A stretch of 64,000 nt of DNA, taken from the NCBI GenBank assembly GCA_965235115.1, contig OZ249436.1, forward strand, positions 39,124,001 to 39,188,000. The letters are read 5' to 3'. The position numbers were made by a program, and so were the translations under genes. The notes beneath the pieces were generated by a model. It did not search any database and was not told the DNA's origin. It saw only the letters and a list, made by a program, of their open reading frames with translations. The stretch comes from Laetmonice hystrix. Its lineage: Eukaryota. This document shows, piece by piece, positions 1 to 14,900 of the stretch. How positions within the stretch are numbered: the first letter of the stretch is position 1; every line of letters begins with the position of its first letter.

Positions 1-217
1 TTTTGGCACTAATGAGGTCACACATTTTGGTGACAGTCAGGAAGAATGGCAGTGAAATTCCGCCGTTAAATAAAGACAAGTCGTATGGAGGTGCAAGGAT
101 TCGCCCCCATAGAACCACACTCTCATTAAACAGAACAGGGAGCGAGGAGCGGCGCGACTATTGATGACATGAGGCGTTCAGTTTCAGCTTCGAGTTTTCT
201 TAAAAGTCTAAACATAC

Positions 218-3200
218 CTCTCCAACTCCTTCTTCGTCCGTATTTAGTATCTTCGTCTCCATACCCAGAACTGTGGAGCCGACACTGCCGAGTAGAAACG
301 ACCACGGAACCCCTATCGTCTGCGGACCTGTAGGCAGCACGCTCCATTGTAAGTACAAGAAGCTTACATGCATGGGAACCTGCTCATGGAGCACTTGGGT
401 GAGGGTCCGAGGGGTGCTTCCCCAGATTCAAATTTTAAATTTTCAGTGGAGCTCCGGAAAATTATGTCCAATTGAAAAACTGCTTGAGTTCAATTTAAGT
501 CTATGTGGGAATATTGTAGACTCGTCGTATAACGCCAGCCTCCACAGGACACACATGGTTTGCTCAGATAGCAACATCTTTTTCTTGTACTGTATTGTTT
601 TTTGTTTTTTTTGTACGTTTTTCTATTATTTCCCCAAATTTTACAACAGACCTAATAGCGTAGTAAATAAACAATGGTGAATTGATATTTATAAAGAAAC
701 AATAAAGGGAATGTCTCTCAGCCAGGGAAACCAAAGAGACTGGTTTTCGTTGACATCCCTCGTTATACACAATTTCAATAAATACAGTATACAAAAAGTC
801 GGGAAGGGCTTCAGAAACAACAGTGGAGTAATACACCGCAATGCAGGGTACTAAGAGAAAAAGAGAAAATAGATAAATACACATGTAATAATAATGAAGA
901 GTGGGGAAAAATTAGTAAGATTGAGAAGGAAAGAAAGAAGACGAGGAGCAGGACCTATTTATAGTCAATTATATAAGTAATTAAATGGAAATCTCACTCC
1001 CAATTCGGAATCTTTAAATTAAGTTCTCCCTTGACCATATTTTTAAACCTAGCTAAGTTTTCAGAACTACGTTTTTCAAATGATAAGCAATTCCATATTA
1101 TTCCAATCGAGTATTCTAGACTGCGCATGTATGGTGCTGTGTGAGGTGTTGAGGTACATTTATGACAGGACCTTCCATGTTTCTGGTGTGGCAATGTCGT
1201 TTGTCAAGGAGATCATCACATTTCGAGCGTTTATAACCCTCAATCTGTTGATGGGCAAATCTCCTATCTGACAAGTGTGGAATTTTTCCCTGAGAGTGCA
1301 GATTAGCGGTGGCGATATATCCATGTTCTTTACAGCATATTTTTAAGCATTTGTTCTGTGCTCGTTGTAGTTTAGCTAGCCTACGTAGTAAGCCTTGTGC
1401 CGAGCCAACAAGGCTTACAGGCAATGGCTTAAATTCCTGGCGGGCCAGACCACACCCAGGCCAGACCACCACCGCTTGCACTGATCAACTCACCGGCATC
1501 CATTTATCTCGACAGTAAGTGTGTGGGGTCATGAAGCAGTGTTTTTAATAGTACAACGTCAAATTCATGTCTAGATCACCCGTTTAACGGCGTTTTACCG
1601 GCCGCCATGTTGCCTTTGATCCCAGCATGCATCTCTCCGACGCACTCTCCTACGCAGAGTCTCGCTTACTACTGTGTGAAGCGAAAGCGAAGCGGAAGTA
1701 GCTCTGCGTTGGAGGGTGTCTCCGACGGTAATGGCGGCACTCAACGAGCATTGAAATTTCTCGGTTCAAGAGATGTGACTGTCTTTATTTTGTCGCATCG
1801 TGCTTTTCCAGCTTGCAGATATGAGAGATAAGTTATTTTGAGTTTATTCATCACTTTTTCATCAACATATAGAGACAAGGGAGGGCTTTTCATGGCAGAC
1901 AGAAGATTTGTCCGGGTACGCTCGGAAATTCTGAACAGCGATCTTCGGCTCTGTACAGAGCACAGAGCCGAATTCTTTGGCTATAGTTTAGCTAGCTAAG
2001 TTGAGGACATATTAGCACAGAGAATATTATCATATTCCATTATTGGAAGAACGTAGCTTTTATATATCTTAGTAAGTGATTGTTTATCTAAATAGCATGA
2101 GAGCTTGCGGAGTTGGTATTGCCTGAAGTGCACATTTTTTAAAAAGGTACTTATAAATGGTTCGTAACTTAACATTGGATCGAGGACCACACCAAGGTAT
2201 TTGTAGCTCGCAACATGGCCTAGTTTTACTTTATTCAGTTGTAATTCAATATTTAACTTATTATTGTTATTTCTTTCCAAACACCATGAATTTGGTTTTC
2301 TTGGCATTAACAGTTAGTTTGTTAACTGTACACCAATTACTAAAAAGATTTAGATCCCTTTGTAGTTCAGCTTCCACGGCCTTGAGACTGTTGCCTGATT
2401 TAGAAAGTGCAGTGTCATCACAATACAGTTTGATTTTAGACGATATACCACAGTGCTCCACATCATTTACGTATAGCAAGAAAAAAGTAGGCCCCAAAAT
2501 GGAGCCTTGTGGTACTCCACAACTAATGTTCTTTACTTGAGATAGTTTATTATTTGCTAAAGTGCATTGCGTTCTATCTTTTAAATAGTCCTGTAGCCAT
2601 ATTGCTACTTTTCCCTTAATACCATAATGTGACATTTTCCTCAATAAAATGGAGTGATCTACGCAGTCAAATGCCTTTTTTAAGTCAATGTAGACAGCTA
2701 TTGTTTGCCTGCCAACATTCCTCTCACGTAAGATGTCGTCTGTAAAGTGGCCAACTGTTTGGATGGTGGAACGTCCCTTCCCATATCCACCCTGATTATT
2801 AGATAATATTATTATTTTCTAGGAAGTCAATGAGCGTTTATCACAGTTCCAGTAACAATGCTGCTTTCTGATTGGTCCAGGCCCACGCGATATGAAGCCG
2901 TACTCGGTGACATCGCACCAAACGGGTAGGATGGGCCATCCTATAGTAGTAGTCGTCGCGCCATCTGCCGGTCAAACAGGTCATATTTCTATCCTACCGT
3001 TTTGGCTGCAGCGCCCCGTGCCTCGTTTTCATGGTGGCGTAGATCTATGCAAACACAGCGCGATGGCAGCGAATGACTGCAAAACTTCCAAAAGTTGTTT
3101 TGCCGAATTCAATGACCACGTCTATAATGTGAGGATTGGAACTGTGATAAAATCGTTGCCCCATGTTTGCTTTTACGAAGTACGGAGTATAACCTAGCCT

Positions 3201-5868
3201 TGGTTGGCCATACCACATTCGGGCTTCGCCCTCATGTGGTATGGCCAACCAAGGCTAGGTTATATTCCGTACTACGTAAGCAAACATGGGGTAACTGTTA
3301 ATGTCTATGTATTGTTTGCCATGTAGGCCTATGTTACAAGGACGCCTACTTTGTATATATGCTGTAACAAAATGTGAACGTTAATTAAACATGTAAGTTA
3401 GATCGAAAGCCAAGTTTGTCATCATACAGCTACAGTGGGGATTCAGGATTTTGATTTATTTCGGTTATTGCCATTTTGGGCCCCTTTTGGTCGATTTCAA
3501 TGCTGCATAGACCAAACTTATGTTACTCCTGGATGACTTAGGAGGCCCTTTTGAGCCCGATGTTAACTATCACGGACAATATATGAGGCTTTTTAAAGAA
3601 TTTTGTTGGAATCCTGGTTTCAGGGTCCGAATAATGCATCTTCTTAAAAAAACGGGGAAGGAAAATTTAAGGGGGGGCCCGGCTCCTTGGGCCCCCATGG
3701 ATCCCCCAGTGCAGCTATATAGACCGGCCATAGTCACCTTTCTCCCCCCCCCCTTCGTTCCCAAGTGGTGTACAACCCTTAAGGTGATCAACTTATCCTT
3801 ATTCTCATCCATACGCATAACCCCTGCTTCCCCCAGAAACAATGAGACAAACGGATCCTACCTGTGATTTCACTCATTCCGTAGATTTCATTGATGACGA
3901 TATTGAGAGACATGAAGTATTCTAAGGTTTCCCGGGAGATGGGTGCTGCGCCGCTCCAGAAGCCGCGACACCTGTCCAGGCCCATTGCCTTTTTGACCTT
4001 CTTGAACACCAGAGCGTTTGCCAGTCCAAACATGAATGGCTTCCGCTCTCTGAAACATCGTCGGATAAAATATATTTCGGACAAAATGGCCGATTTGGAA
4101 CGGTCAAAATCGTTATCATTTTGGTATCAAAATTTAATAAAAACGTGGAATGCTGTTCGGATCGGGTCTGAATTTAGAGAGTTGCCATGACCATAGACGT
4201 AGAAGTGGAGGCTTACTGTTCCTTTCATGGAATAGCATATTTTTTTGCATATCTGAGCACTGGGCAAGGTGTGACGGACTCTTCCAATCCTATAGAGTTC
4301 ACAAGCCATTTTCCCCGAGTAAATCACTGGGATAATAAATGAATAGTATACGAACCCCCTCATCCGTGCAAGGTTGCCTCGAAGGCCAATTCCCTTTGCC
4401 CAGGTTGCGATTTTCCTCTTGCATCCTTTAGTTGTTTTGCCGATAGCCATCAGCCTGTCCTGCATTTTCTCCCAAACCCGGGGCACGGCCAGAAACACGG
4501 TAGGGCGGACTTCCTTGAGAGTCTCACCCAGTGATCCCTGTTAGAATTAGTATAACACACAAAGAGGTGTCAACACAAAATAATACACTATTAGCTTTTT
4601 TATTTTTGTATGAAAGATATGTGAATTTGTATTAGCCTAAGGGGTGGTTCAACATTTTCAACATTTTCACAAGCGTACAAACCGTACGCTAGGGAGGAGG
4701 GGGTTAACACCCAATGTACGCTTTTTGAAAACTAAAAAATGTCGATCTGCCAAGGTACCACGTCTCTCCTTTGTGCGAATCACAGGGTGATGAATATACA
4801 AAATCTGGGCTTCATGGGGATAGGCCTATTTATTTTAATGGACTTCCCTTCGTTGACCCATTCTTCTGTGGCCACAAGTAATGACCTAATCTCATCCTTG
4901 GTCATCCTATATAATGTAAAAAAACCCAGACATTTTCCTGTGTACGCTTTTGGGAGGGGGAGGGGTCATCAAAAAGAGTACTCTTTGTACGCTTGTGAAA
5001 ATGTTGAATAACCCCTAAGGATTCAAGTAGATTGAAATATACCTTTAGAGCATCTGGTTTTGCAAAATATACTGTGAAGGCTCCGACCATAGACATGAAT
5101 ACGTCTGTCAACTGAGCGGCAATGTGGCTCAGAGGCAGGTAAGAAATGGCGATTTCCTTAGTCCACCTGAATCTGCAGTGTTGTACTGACATACGAGCCG
5201 TCCATGTTAACTGAAAAATAAAGGTACTCTGCATGAATATGAGTAAAGGAAAAAAACATCTTTAGGTAGCTTTTATTTCTTTTTGTTGCAAAAAGGTTAA
5301 TATATAATTTATGTCTACCATCATGCAGTAAGCATCACTTTTAGGAATTATTTTAAGCAGTTTGCCTTTCATACCGATCTTTGATCTCTGACTCTCGTGG
5401 TGAACTTCCAAATTCAGCTGCCAAGAGAAGGCATAGAAAGTTCATATGAACCCATTTTTAGACGAGTTATATTTAACACCTTTTGTACTTTCCTGTCTGA
5501 AGACTTGGCCTTTTGTACTGGATAGATATATATACGACTAAAGGGTAGAGTGGAGCAAAGAACGGCCCTGAATAGACTCTAAAGCATGACTAATTATCTG
5601 TACCATGGTTACAATGTCTTGACATCTGCGTTTGTACCACGTTCACGGGAACGGAGCGGGGTCAAAAAGTATTTACAATTATTGGTGTTCAGGTCATATT
5701 CCCTTTTCCCGACTTCCAATAGCAAGAATTCTTTAGGTACGAAGACAGAGTGAAAGAGAAAGAGAGAGAAAGAGAGAGAGACAGAGAGAGAAAGAGAGAG
5801 AAAGAGAGAGAAGAAAGAGAGCGAGAAGAGGAAGAGAGAGACACACACAGACACACACACACCCCGAA

Positions 5869-5923
<55 letters not shown>

Positions 5924-5950
5924 GACAGAGGGACACACAGGGAGAGTGAC

Positions 5951-5981
<31 letters not shown>

Positions 5982-8900
5982 CAGAGACAGAGGCTGAGAG
6001 AGACAGAGAGAGAGAGAGAGCAATAACAATACTTACGTTATCGTGGCTGAGCAGTGCGCCTTTCGGTGGACCCGTCGTGCCAGACTGAAACGTGTTTAAA
6101 ATAGCGTATTATTCAAAAAGGGCATTACGAAACAGAACTGGAATCCTGGTAGAACCGGTACCTAGATAGTCTACCCGCCCCCTCACAACTACCGGTTAAA
6201 TGAGAACTGGAATCCTGGTAGACCCGGTATACCTAGATAGTCTACCCGCCCCCTCACAGCTACCGGTTAAATGAGAACTGGAATCCTGGTAGACCCGGTA
6301 TACCTAGATAGTCTACCCGCCCCCTCAGAGCTACCCGTTAAATGAGAACTGGAATCCTGGTAGACCCGGTACCTAGAGAGTCTAGCCACCCCCTCACAGC
6401 TACCGGTTAAATTATCACGACCAAACACTTGAATGAATGTTATGCATTATAGACTCTATACTCGTATAATACAAGTAGTATTTTTTAATTGTTACTTTTT
6501 ACCAACCCTACTCGTACATTACTTTCGCTACTATACTTACTGTGTAGATAATAACGCAGGCCTTATTTGGAGATAACTGGCGAATTATCTCATCGACCTG
6601 AGTGTCTGGTATTTCTCGGCCTATCTCTGCCAACTCACTCCACTGTCAATGCAAACAAAGAACAATCTCCATCACCGACGGATAGAACACGTTTATTTTT
6701 TATTATTTTTTTTCATAACTTGTATTACCATTAGGGTTTCCGACCCGATGTTGGAACTATACCATACAAATACCCCCCCCCCCCCCCCTCCTTCCTCCCT
6801 ACCAACAAGTGCTAATTTCCCAAACTCGCTCACTGCTCACCGCGTAGAGGCCGTCTGTTTCCTGTTTGGGTGAGCCCCGGTACTGGATGATGGCCTTGAG
6901 GTCGGGCAGTGTATCCCTGACTGCCAGCACCTTCTCTAGCTGAGTCTCATCCTCCACTACCAGGATGTTAGCCTTGCTGTGACGGGCCACGTAGCCGACC
7001 GCCTCGGCTGAGTTGGTTGTGTAGATACCCACGGCCAGGCCGCTGAACACAACCACACATGTGGATCAGGCGCGTATTGAGGTGGGGGAGGGAGACCGAA
7101 CTTTGTTCTTGAAGTCTTCCTTGTTGACTTTGTTGGACCCCTTTTTGCCAGATTTCTCTCTCGGACCCCCTTGCCAAAATCTCGGATCCGACTGTGTAGA
7201 AATTTTCTTCCAATATAACTATTATACGGTGTTGGGGATGCGGCTAACTCTAGAGGACATCCATAATGAGACAGAAATAGTTACCCGGCAAATATAGCGG
7301 CGACTTCGGCGATGAACCATTCGGGAGAGTTGAAGCCGAGGATGCCAACGCTATGAAAGGGTTGCAGTCCTAACTGTGGATGGAGAGTTTATATCGAAAC
7401 ATATTTCAAATGTTGAAGAATGACTGTAAAATTAATTATATTGTGCTACCCACAAAGAATAACTTGTACCTCTTTTAAAAATTCGTACCTTTAAGAAAGC
7501 CTTCGCCGCCATAAGAACGTCATCTAGGTATTGTCTGTAAGTCCAGCTGACCCATTTTGTATTCACTTTGGTTGCTGAAAACAATTACATCAGGACTAAA
7601 TCAAAAACTGAATGCTGTATCACTGAATCAGAAGGGAGACCTATAAATCACCTAAATGTCCCAGGATACTTGTTGCTATAGAAACGGCTCTCAAGTAATT
7701 TTGTAAATGCCGATCGCAGAAATTCAAGAGAGAAAGATCTTGTAGATCTTAGTAGGCCTATCGTTTTTTTAGCATTATTAATAGCAGGGTTTCCGGGAGG
7801 ATTTCATGGGGGGGGGGGGGGGGTTGGAGGTGGGGGTGACCTACGGTTGAGCATTTTGAACAAATAAAGTCAGAAACTTTGGGGGTAACATGTTTGGGGG
7901 GAGTTTCCCCATAAAAATAATAATAAAAAGGACAGGAAATCCTGAATAGGGTGTAAAGACTATCAATGGAGCAAATCAGGTAAAAAAATTCGTATAGCCA
8001 ACATGAAGTTGTAATGTGACATTTGTTAGCATTTGGTCTCATACTAGCACCAAGCTAAAAAAAAATCAGAATCTCAGGCCTATACCTATTTCGGCCCGCA
8101 TTAGCGAATAATTAATCTAGGCCTATTCCTATTTATGGCAGCTTAACCCCCAGATTATATTTCCATAAGTTGCGGGTTACGCCTAAAGAGTTGAATGATT
8201 TTGGGGTGTTGTTGGTTTAAGATCGACAATTCTGTGCGTATATCCGTTCACGGGCCCCAATGACGTACCCATGGCAATGGCCTTCGGGTAACTTCGCGCG
8301 GTAGAGATGAGTAGGCTTGGTACAGTGATCGGAGTCTCTGAGGCCGGACCGTAATCAGCCATCCGTATCTTCACACCGCCATCCGCTCGACAGCAGGTGT
8401 GACCTTCTATCGTCACGAGGTCATCCTGCTCTGAATGAAAAACAAATAATGTCAAACACAGATGTTTATCGCTTTAAAGTGCCTCCTGGGCGGTCGCAAA
8501 AAAAAAACTATCACGACGACCTTGGCCCGAGGGCTAAAAGTAATTATTTTAGACGTTCTTACAATCTCTTACAATTTCTTAAAGGGATGGAAAACACACA
8601 CGGCAAATAAGGTTTCGCAGACCAAATGGAACACCAGCATTTACCTCAGGGCAATAAATGTCACAATTACGTTGTCTGAATGAAGTAATTAACGTGTAAC
8701 CGCCCGATGTGTGACGCCGCTGGTTCTGCTTGTGTGTTCATCACAGCCGAATGCTGCACACCACGACGGCATATTGCGTAACATTACTCACAGACCATGT
8801 CTACACGATGTTTGGCGTCACAGACTTTGTAAACGTTTGTAAACGTCCGAGGTGATGTGGCATTTATTGCCCTGAGGTAAATGCTGGTGTTTCATTTGGT

Positions 8901-11900
8901 CTACGAAACCTTATTTGCCGTGTGGTTTTTCCCTCTCTTTAAATTCGAGCTAGATTCAAAGTTTGTATTACGCTCCTGTAGTGCGATGTTTCGCGCCGAT
9001 GAAGCTTCTCCTATCCTAAAATTGATAAGCTTCACAATGCAAAAAAAACGTGGGAAAGTATTATATTATCCGCTACCATGCACACACAAAAGATTCGTAA
9101 TGATTTATTAATTCTACCAGCATCTGCGGGTCCAATGACCCCGGCCGCGTCCTCCACAACGATCGCCTTCTCCGCCTCCTCAGCGACGCTCGCGTCATGC
9201 ACCTCCTCGGCGACGATCGCTGTGTCAACATTCTCGGCGACAAGCAGCGATTCCTCCGGTGGGTCCTCATGGATCAGTATTTCTGGTTTCTCGCTGTCCA
9301 CTTGAATTGTGTCCACCTCGATTAAGGCATCGGTCGCGTCGCTCGGAGCGGCGAGCTGGCCTTCACCCTCCACATGTCCATCAGTAAGCGGAGACTCGGC
9401 AGGAAGTGACGCAGTGTCGTCATTTTTGATCTCTTCGTCGCTCTCATGAACTGCCGGAGTTAATCCATTGACTGCCAGAGATTTCTCAACCGGGGTGTCT
9501 GGATCGGTTGGAGATGTAACCGGGGGGTCTGGGTCGGGTGGAGATGTTTCTTTAGCGGGTCCCCTGTCTTTCTCTATGATGATCACCCTATCATTCAAAT
9601 ACAAGTTCTTTTAGAATAGAAATATTATAATTTCTCGGAAAGGTAGAGATGTTGAGGAATTCAATACCATAACCTGCATACTTTACACTTTTCTGACAAA
9701 ATGTAGGTTACAATTTGGCAATTTGGGCCCAACAGTATTCTTCTTTCGACACTGAACACAAAATATGAGACGTTTATTGGTAATAATTCAATAAATCCCG
9801 TTGGAACAGGAGCAGATAAGCAAAACACCTCAAAATGTAGGCCTACCTAATTTCAATATCATAACATGCCTGTTTAATAGACTTTGTATTTTACAATTAC
9901 TTTCAAATCGAGTTCTTTATGAGCTTGGCAACGCACAGTTCAATGTAGAACAACAAATGAATTCAGAGCCAGGCAGTTGGTTATTCAGTAGGCCTATGTC
10001 CAGCAAAAAATGCAACCCATCTTCAAAATACTTTTAAAAGTGTTATAACTATTTATTATGACTGGTTCACCAACTTAAATGCAAGTGGTACCGACATAAG
10101 CATTGTGTAATGTAACAATTAAACCATTCTGTTCGCGCACCACTGAACACAGCTCAGATTTGTGAATGAATCAATCTGCCTACTCCAACAAGGATTTCCC
10201 AAAGGCAGCGTTGGGGCATTCTTAAAATAACAAAAGTCTACTGACTGAACTGGGTAGGCAACGATTTGGTTGGAAGAGAGAAAAGGATATACATGTATAA
10301 TACTTCTCGGCTATGCTCAGTGGTGCGTGAACAAAACTGATTGACTGTTACATCACACAATGCCCAGGTTGGTACCGCACTGCAGTTGAGTTGAAACTTG
10401 TCAAAATACCTTGTTACCGACATAATCTTAAAAGTATTTTGAAAATGGGTTCCTTTCTTTGTTGCTGGACATACTGTAGATCAATGGTAGCGGAAAGTTT
10501 GAAGCATAATTGTGACATTACAATGCGCCCTTTTCCTGTCTTCAAAGTCATTTATGTTTTTATGATAAATTATGGCACACATATATAAGCTGTTTTCAAG
10601 CAAGTTCGAGAAAATGAGGCGCAAGATGTGAGAATTGTATGTTCTGCATATCGCTCATACCGGATGGACAGTTCGGATGCACTGATGTCATTTGGAGGGA
10701 AACAACATGGTAATGTTTAGGTTTAAATCTACAGTGATCTGGAAAAAACTAGCAAGTCCACTTTGCCTCATTTTGAGAAAATTGGAAAAAACAAACCATT
10801 CCTGCCATTAAGGTGCTGCAAACGCTAGGTTTTTCCAGGTCAAGAACTATGAATTGCGTAGAGTTCTGATCACTTGTATAGGACTATGAAAGGGCAAAAC
10901 ATAGTCCAAAAATGGGAATAACTCAAATTGGACAAAAACTCGACTTACTAGGTTTTTCCAGATCACTGTAGAAATGTGCATGAGCATTGTCCAGGACCTA
11001 TTTATAAATGTACCTCGATTTGTTTTCCCTCCAAAATACGCCACCTGCATAACCGATGTCATTTAAATGGTTTCCATGACACCCAACTGCGTGACAGGAT
11101 ACTATGCATGACAGATTTTGTATTGGGGGATAGACTAGCACTAGTGTTTCTGAAGGTTGCGTACTTACGGTCGCAATAGCGTCATGTTAAACGAAGTGCC
11201 AACATTTCAAATGAGCACAATAAGTACCACTAAACCGCAAAGTGCGAGTTTTAAAAGTAGTAGGCCTTGAGGCTGTAGTGTGGACCGTCCATTTAAAAAA
11301 TATGACGGTGAAATATTCAGGAAATCGCAATGGATTTTAACGAATCTTGAAACAGAGCATTGTATGATCATGTGAATATCTCAGACAAGTTCACGATTAG
11401 GTCAGATTTAGTCCGTGTGAGAGTTCAGCACTTCTGTATTAAACTTTAGATTTGGTTTCTGCAGGCTATAATAGCTCCGTTTTTACATTGCTACGACCTA
11501 GGGGAAATTTATATTCCACGTCACGCGTATAACGTTCTTTTAAACGTAAGGAACTCAGAATTAAACTTCCAAGTCTCTAAGTAAGGACAGATGGCTGAAT
11601 TATGTAGGCAGTGATGGGGTCATGAACATTGTGCACGCAGCCCCAGTAAAAACCGGTGTGTTGGGTGATGGCTCCATACCTTTCATTCTCGTCGAATCCA
11701 CTGCAATATGTACGCCCAATATGTCAATGTCATCAATAGAATGTGTGTACATGTATGTGCCTTTTCCAAATCTTAAGTCTTGACGAAATTAAAAAAGGTG
11801 AATTGACTGGTGTGTAGATCTAGCCCCCCCCCCCCCCCCCCACACACACACCCCTACGGAAAAAGAGAAGGCATCTCACATCACATCACATCACGAAACC

Positions 11901-14900
11901 GGACTGCAGGTCATATCGGCCATACGGTTGGACCGGCGCCAGTGAGAGTTCTGTGCTTTGAAAGGCCCGAGTTCACGGGCCAAAATTGGAGTGGGGGGGG
12001 GGGGGGGGCTACACAGGTATGGTTTGCTTTAGAGATAAAAATAGAAATGACGTCATTCTATGTTTCTAGGTATTGGAATATAATCGTGACATAAGATATA
12101 TTAGTTATGTCGACATTAAATAAACCAATCAGGGGACGGTTTTATATGTGGTGAAAGGATAGGCCTACCGTTGACTGATACGCATTTGACTGAAACTAGA
12201 GTTGGTTTGCTACAATTTCATAGAAGATGGCATGTTATGTGCTCGCTTGAAGGCACATGTCCCACCTGTGGTGAGGGGGGGGGGGTATCCTATGAAAAGC
12301 CCCTTTAAAGTACCCTTCACTTGTTACCACGTTTTTATGGCCTCTGAGAGGGAATAAACTCTAAAAATCTCAACTCAAGCCCGAAAACTTTTAAGACACT
12401 TTTAACCTTCCTCCCGGAAAGGAAGTAAATTACTGATCTAGTTTGTGGGGAAACGTTCATGCATCACGGCTCGCATGATGCAACCCGGTTCTGACAAACC
12501 AAAGGACGGTGGTCAGGCAACAGCAAGGTATGGCTGCCAGGATTGTTCTCTGAACCGCAAAATATCTATGGAACAACGACATGACACATTTCCTGCCAGC
12601 AACAAACAACTCCCCCCCCCCAAGGTGTTGGCACATCGCAAAGAGGAAATAGGATACGCAAGATGCGTATCTTCAAAATTCAAAGACCTTTATATCAGAC
12701 TTCAAATGTCCAGATTCCAAAATGTCCACCAGGAAAGGATAACAACATGATTAAAGGAAAATTCTTGGGATGCTTCAAGCACTGCATGGTTGAGCAATTG
12801 ATGTCAAAAGTTTAGAGACTTTTCTTTTAACGCTTTCCAGCCGCTCTGCCTTTTTTCACAGTAACAAAAGAGATCTGTATAACAAAAACTAGACCAGCCT
12901 TTGCGTAGATAGTCTGACTGTCAGCAACTACAGAACAAAATACCGGTGTGTGTGGCTGTTGGCTGCGATTCAAGGACATATTATGTTCCGTCACATAAGA
13001 GTCTACGTTTCTTGAAAAGACTGACGTAGGACGATGGCACAAGTGTCCATATGCAAGTGTCACGCGAAAAGTGGTCGAGTGTGATGCTTCCTTATAAGGT
13101 GTTCGTAAAGTTAGGATCGATGCGAGGGTATTTTTGTATTGACGTGATTAAAACGCCACAAATACTGACACCAACCGCTTTGTGGCCTTCGATTTATCTT
13201 TATCAAATACATAATTATAGTTACATAGGACTGGCACTAGGGACTGCGTCAAAGGTAACATGTTGTTTTTAAAATTACTAGCCTGCCGCAGACGCTGAGA
13301 CAACAAGTGGACATTTTTGTCGCCGGAGACAAAAATCGCCCAACCCCCCACTTGTCGCATGTAAATCAATGGTGGGGAGTTCTCGCTCCGAGCTTGTGGG
13401 GAGTTCTCGCTCCAAGCCTGTGGGGAGTTCTCGCTCGACTTGGCATAGACCGATTGGCACGTAGGACACGAGTAGGAGTTTCCCCTTTAGTTATAGTTCC
13501 CCTCTTGTCCGTAGGGTGACGCAGACCGATTGGCATGTAAGACACGTAGGATATCAACCCTTTGGTTAGTGTTCCTCTTCACTGTCCGTGCACTTTCTAA
13601 GGGAGTAAAAAGGTAATGTCTTGCGGGTAAATTTACTTTCAACTTGTAGTTTTTTAAAGGTCATTGTAAAGGAGTCTAACTTGTTTCTGCCCCCAAGCCC
13701 CCCCCCCCCCCCTCCCCACGTAGGACGACGTGCACTGGACTCGGTCCACCATGCAAGGATGAACTCGTAGGTTATAGTCGGGTCATTGTTATTACCTTTG
13801 GAGCTTAATATCTATATGGACATGTTTGCTGCTTAAAATTGTCTTTTGTAATGGATGATAATTATTCTGACTTGGGTCAGTCGTCGTAGATCTTAAAAGA
13901 CCTTAGAATGAGAAAGAAAGAGCAGAGTAGCAGAGCTTGACTTTTCATTGTGCCGTCGTTATAGAGGGAGTGTTCTTGGTGGAGGGGGTACCCCCCCCCC
14001 CCCACTATTCCCACGACATTGGGAGTTAGGGTGAGATTTGTGGATAGGGAAAAGTTTGTTGGGGGAACGTCTGGGGAGTAGGGATTATTAGGTTCAGGGC
14101 TAGGATTAGTGATAGAGGTCTATATCTTTAGCTGTTCTTACTCCAACGTAGGACCTCCGGACAGATGTCACATTAAGGATTTACCATGGATTCCCCCTGT
14201 TAGTGACATCCATAACAGTCGCCATAATGTTGAATAATGGATGCAGTTAACTACGTACACCACAGGATTTACGGTTATTCAACCCCTCAAGTGTCTAAAT
14301 GAATGATAACCTTTTTAACACAGGACCATTGTATAGGAGTCGTCCTTGTAATAAGAAATATACCCATAACCTGACTGGCTGTCACACAATAGAAAGCCTC
14401 GTTCAACCAACGTTGGTTCAACCAAAGACCTGGAAAACGAGATCTCGCTGCATTTCCCTGGTCCAACAAAGCGTTTTTGTTTCTGACTTTGGAGTGGAGT
14501 GTCGCCAAGACTAAACGTTCAGTTCAGGTCTTTTCCTTGTGCGCAGTTCCCCTTCCCGAGCACCTTCTATACAGGCGTGAAAAGATATAATGAATGTCTT
14601 TCGGGTAAACTTAAGGTCAGCTTGTAGTTCTTTTATAGGTCATTGTGTAGACGAGTCTAACTTGTTTCTACTCCATAGGCCATGACACAAAGAAATGAAG
14701 AGACGTATGGACAGTGAGAGCAGCCATGGTAAGAGTCGGTATACCGTTGGTAGAATGGGCTCTGAACTATAAATTGCCCTTGCCCTAATTTTGGTTCAGC
14801 GCGGCATTGTAACTTCGCCCTTACAGAATATCTGTAATTAAAGCGCTGGCTGCTATAGAATCTATGCCCACCGCCCCTGTAGTTACTTCTTATATAGGCC

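Noticed and set aside
5609..6088. ORFs with SL/ER repeats
   Set aside because: Translations of the (GA)n microsatellite.
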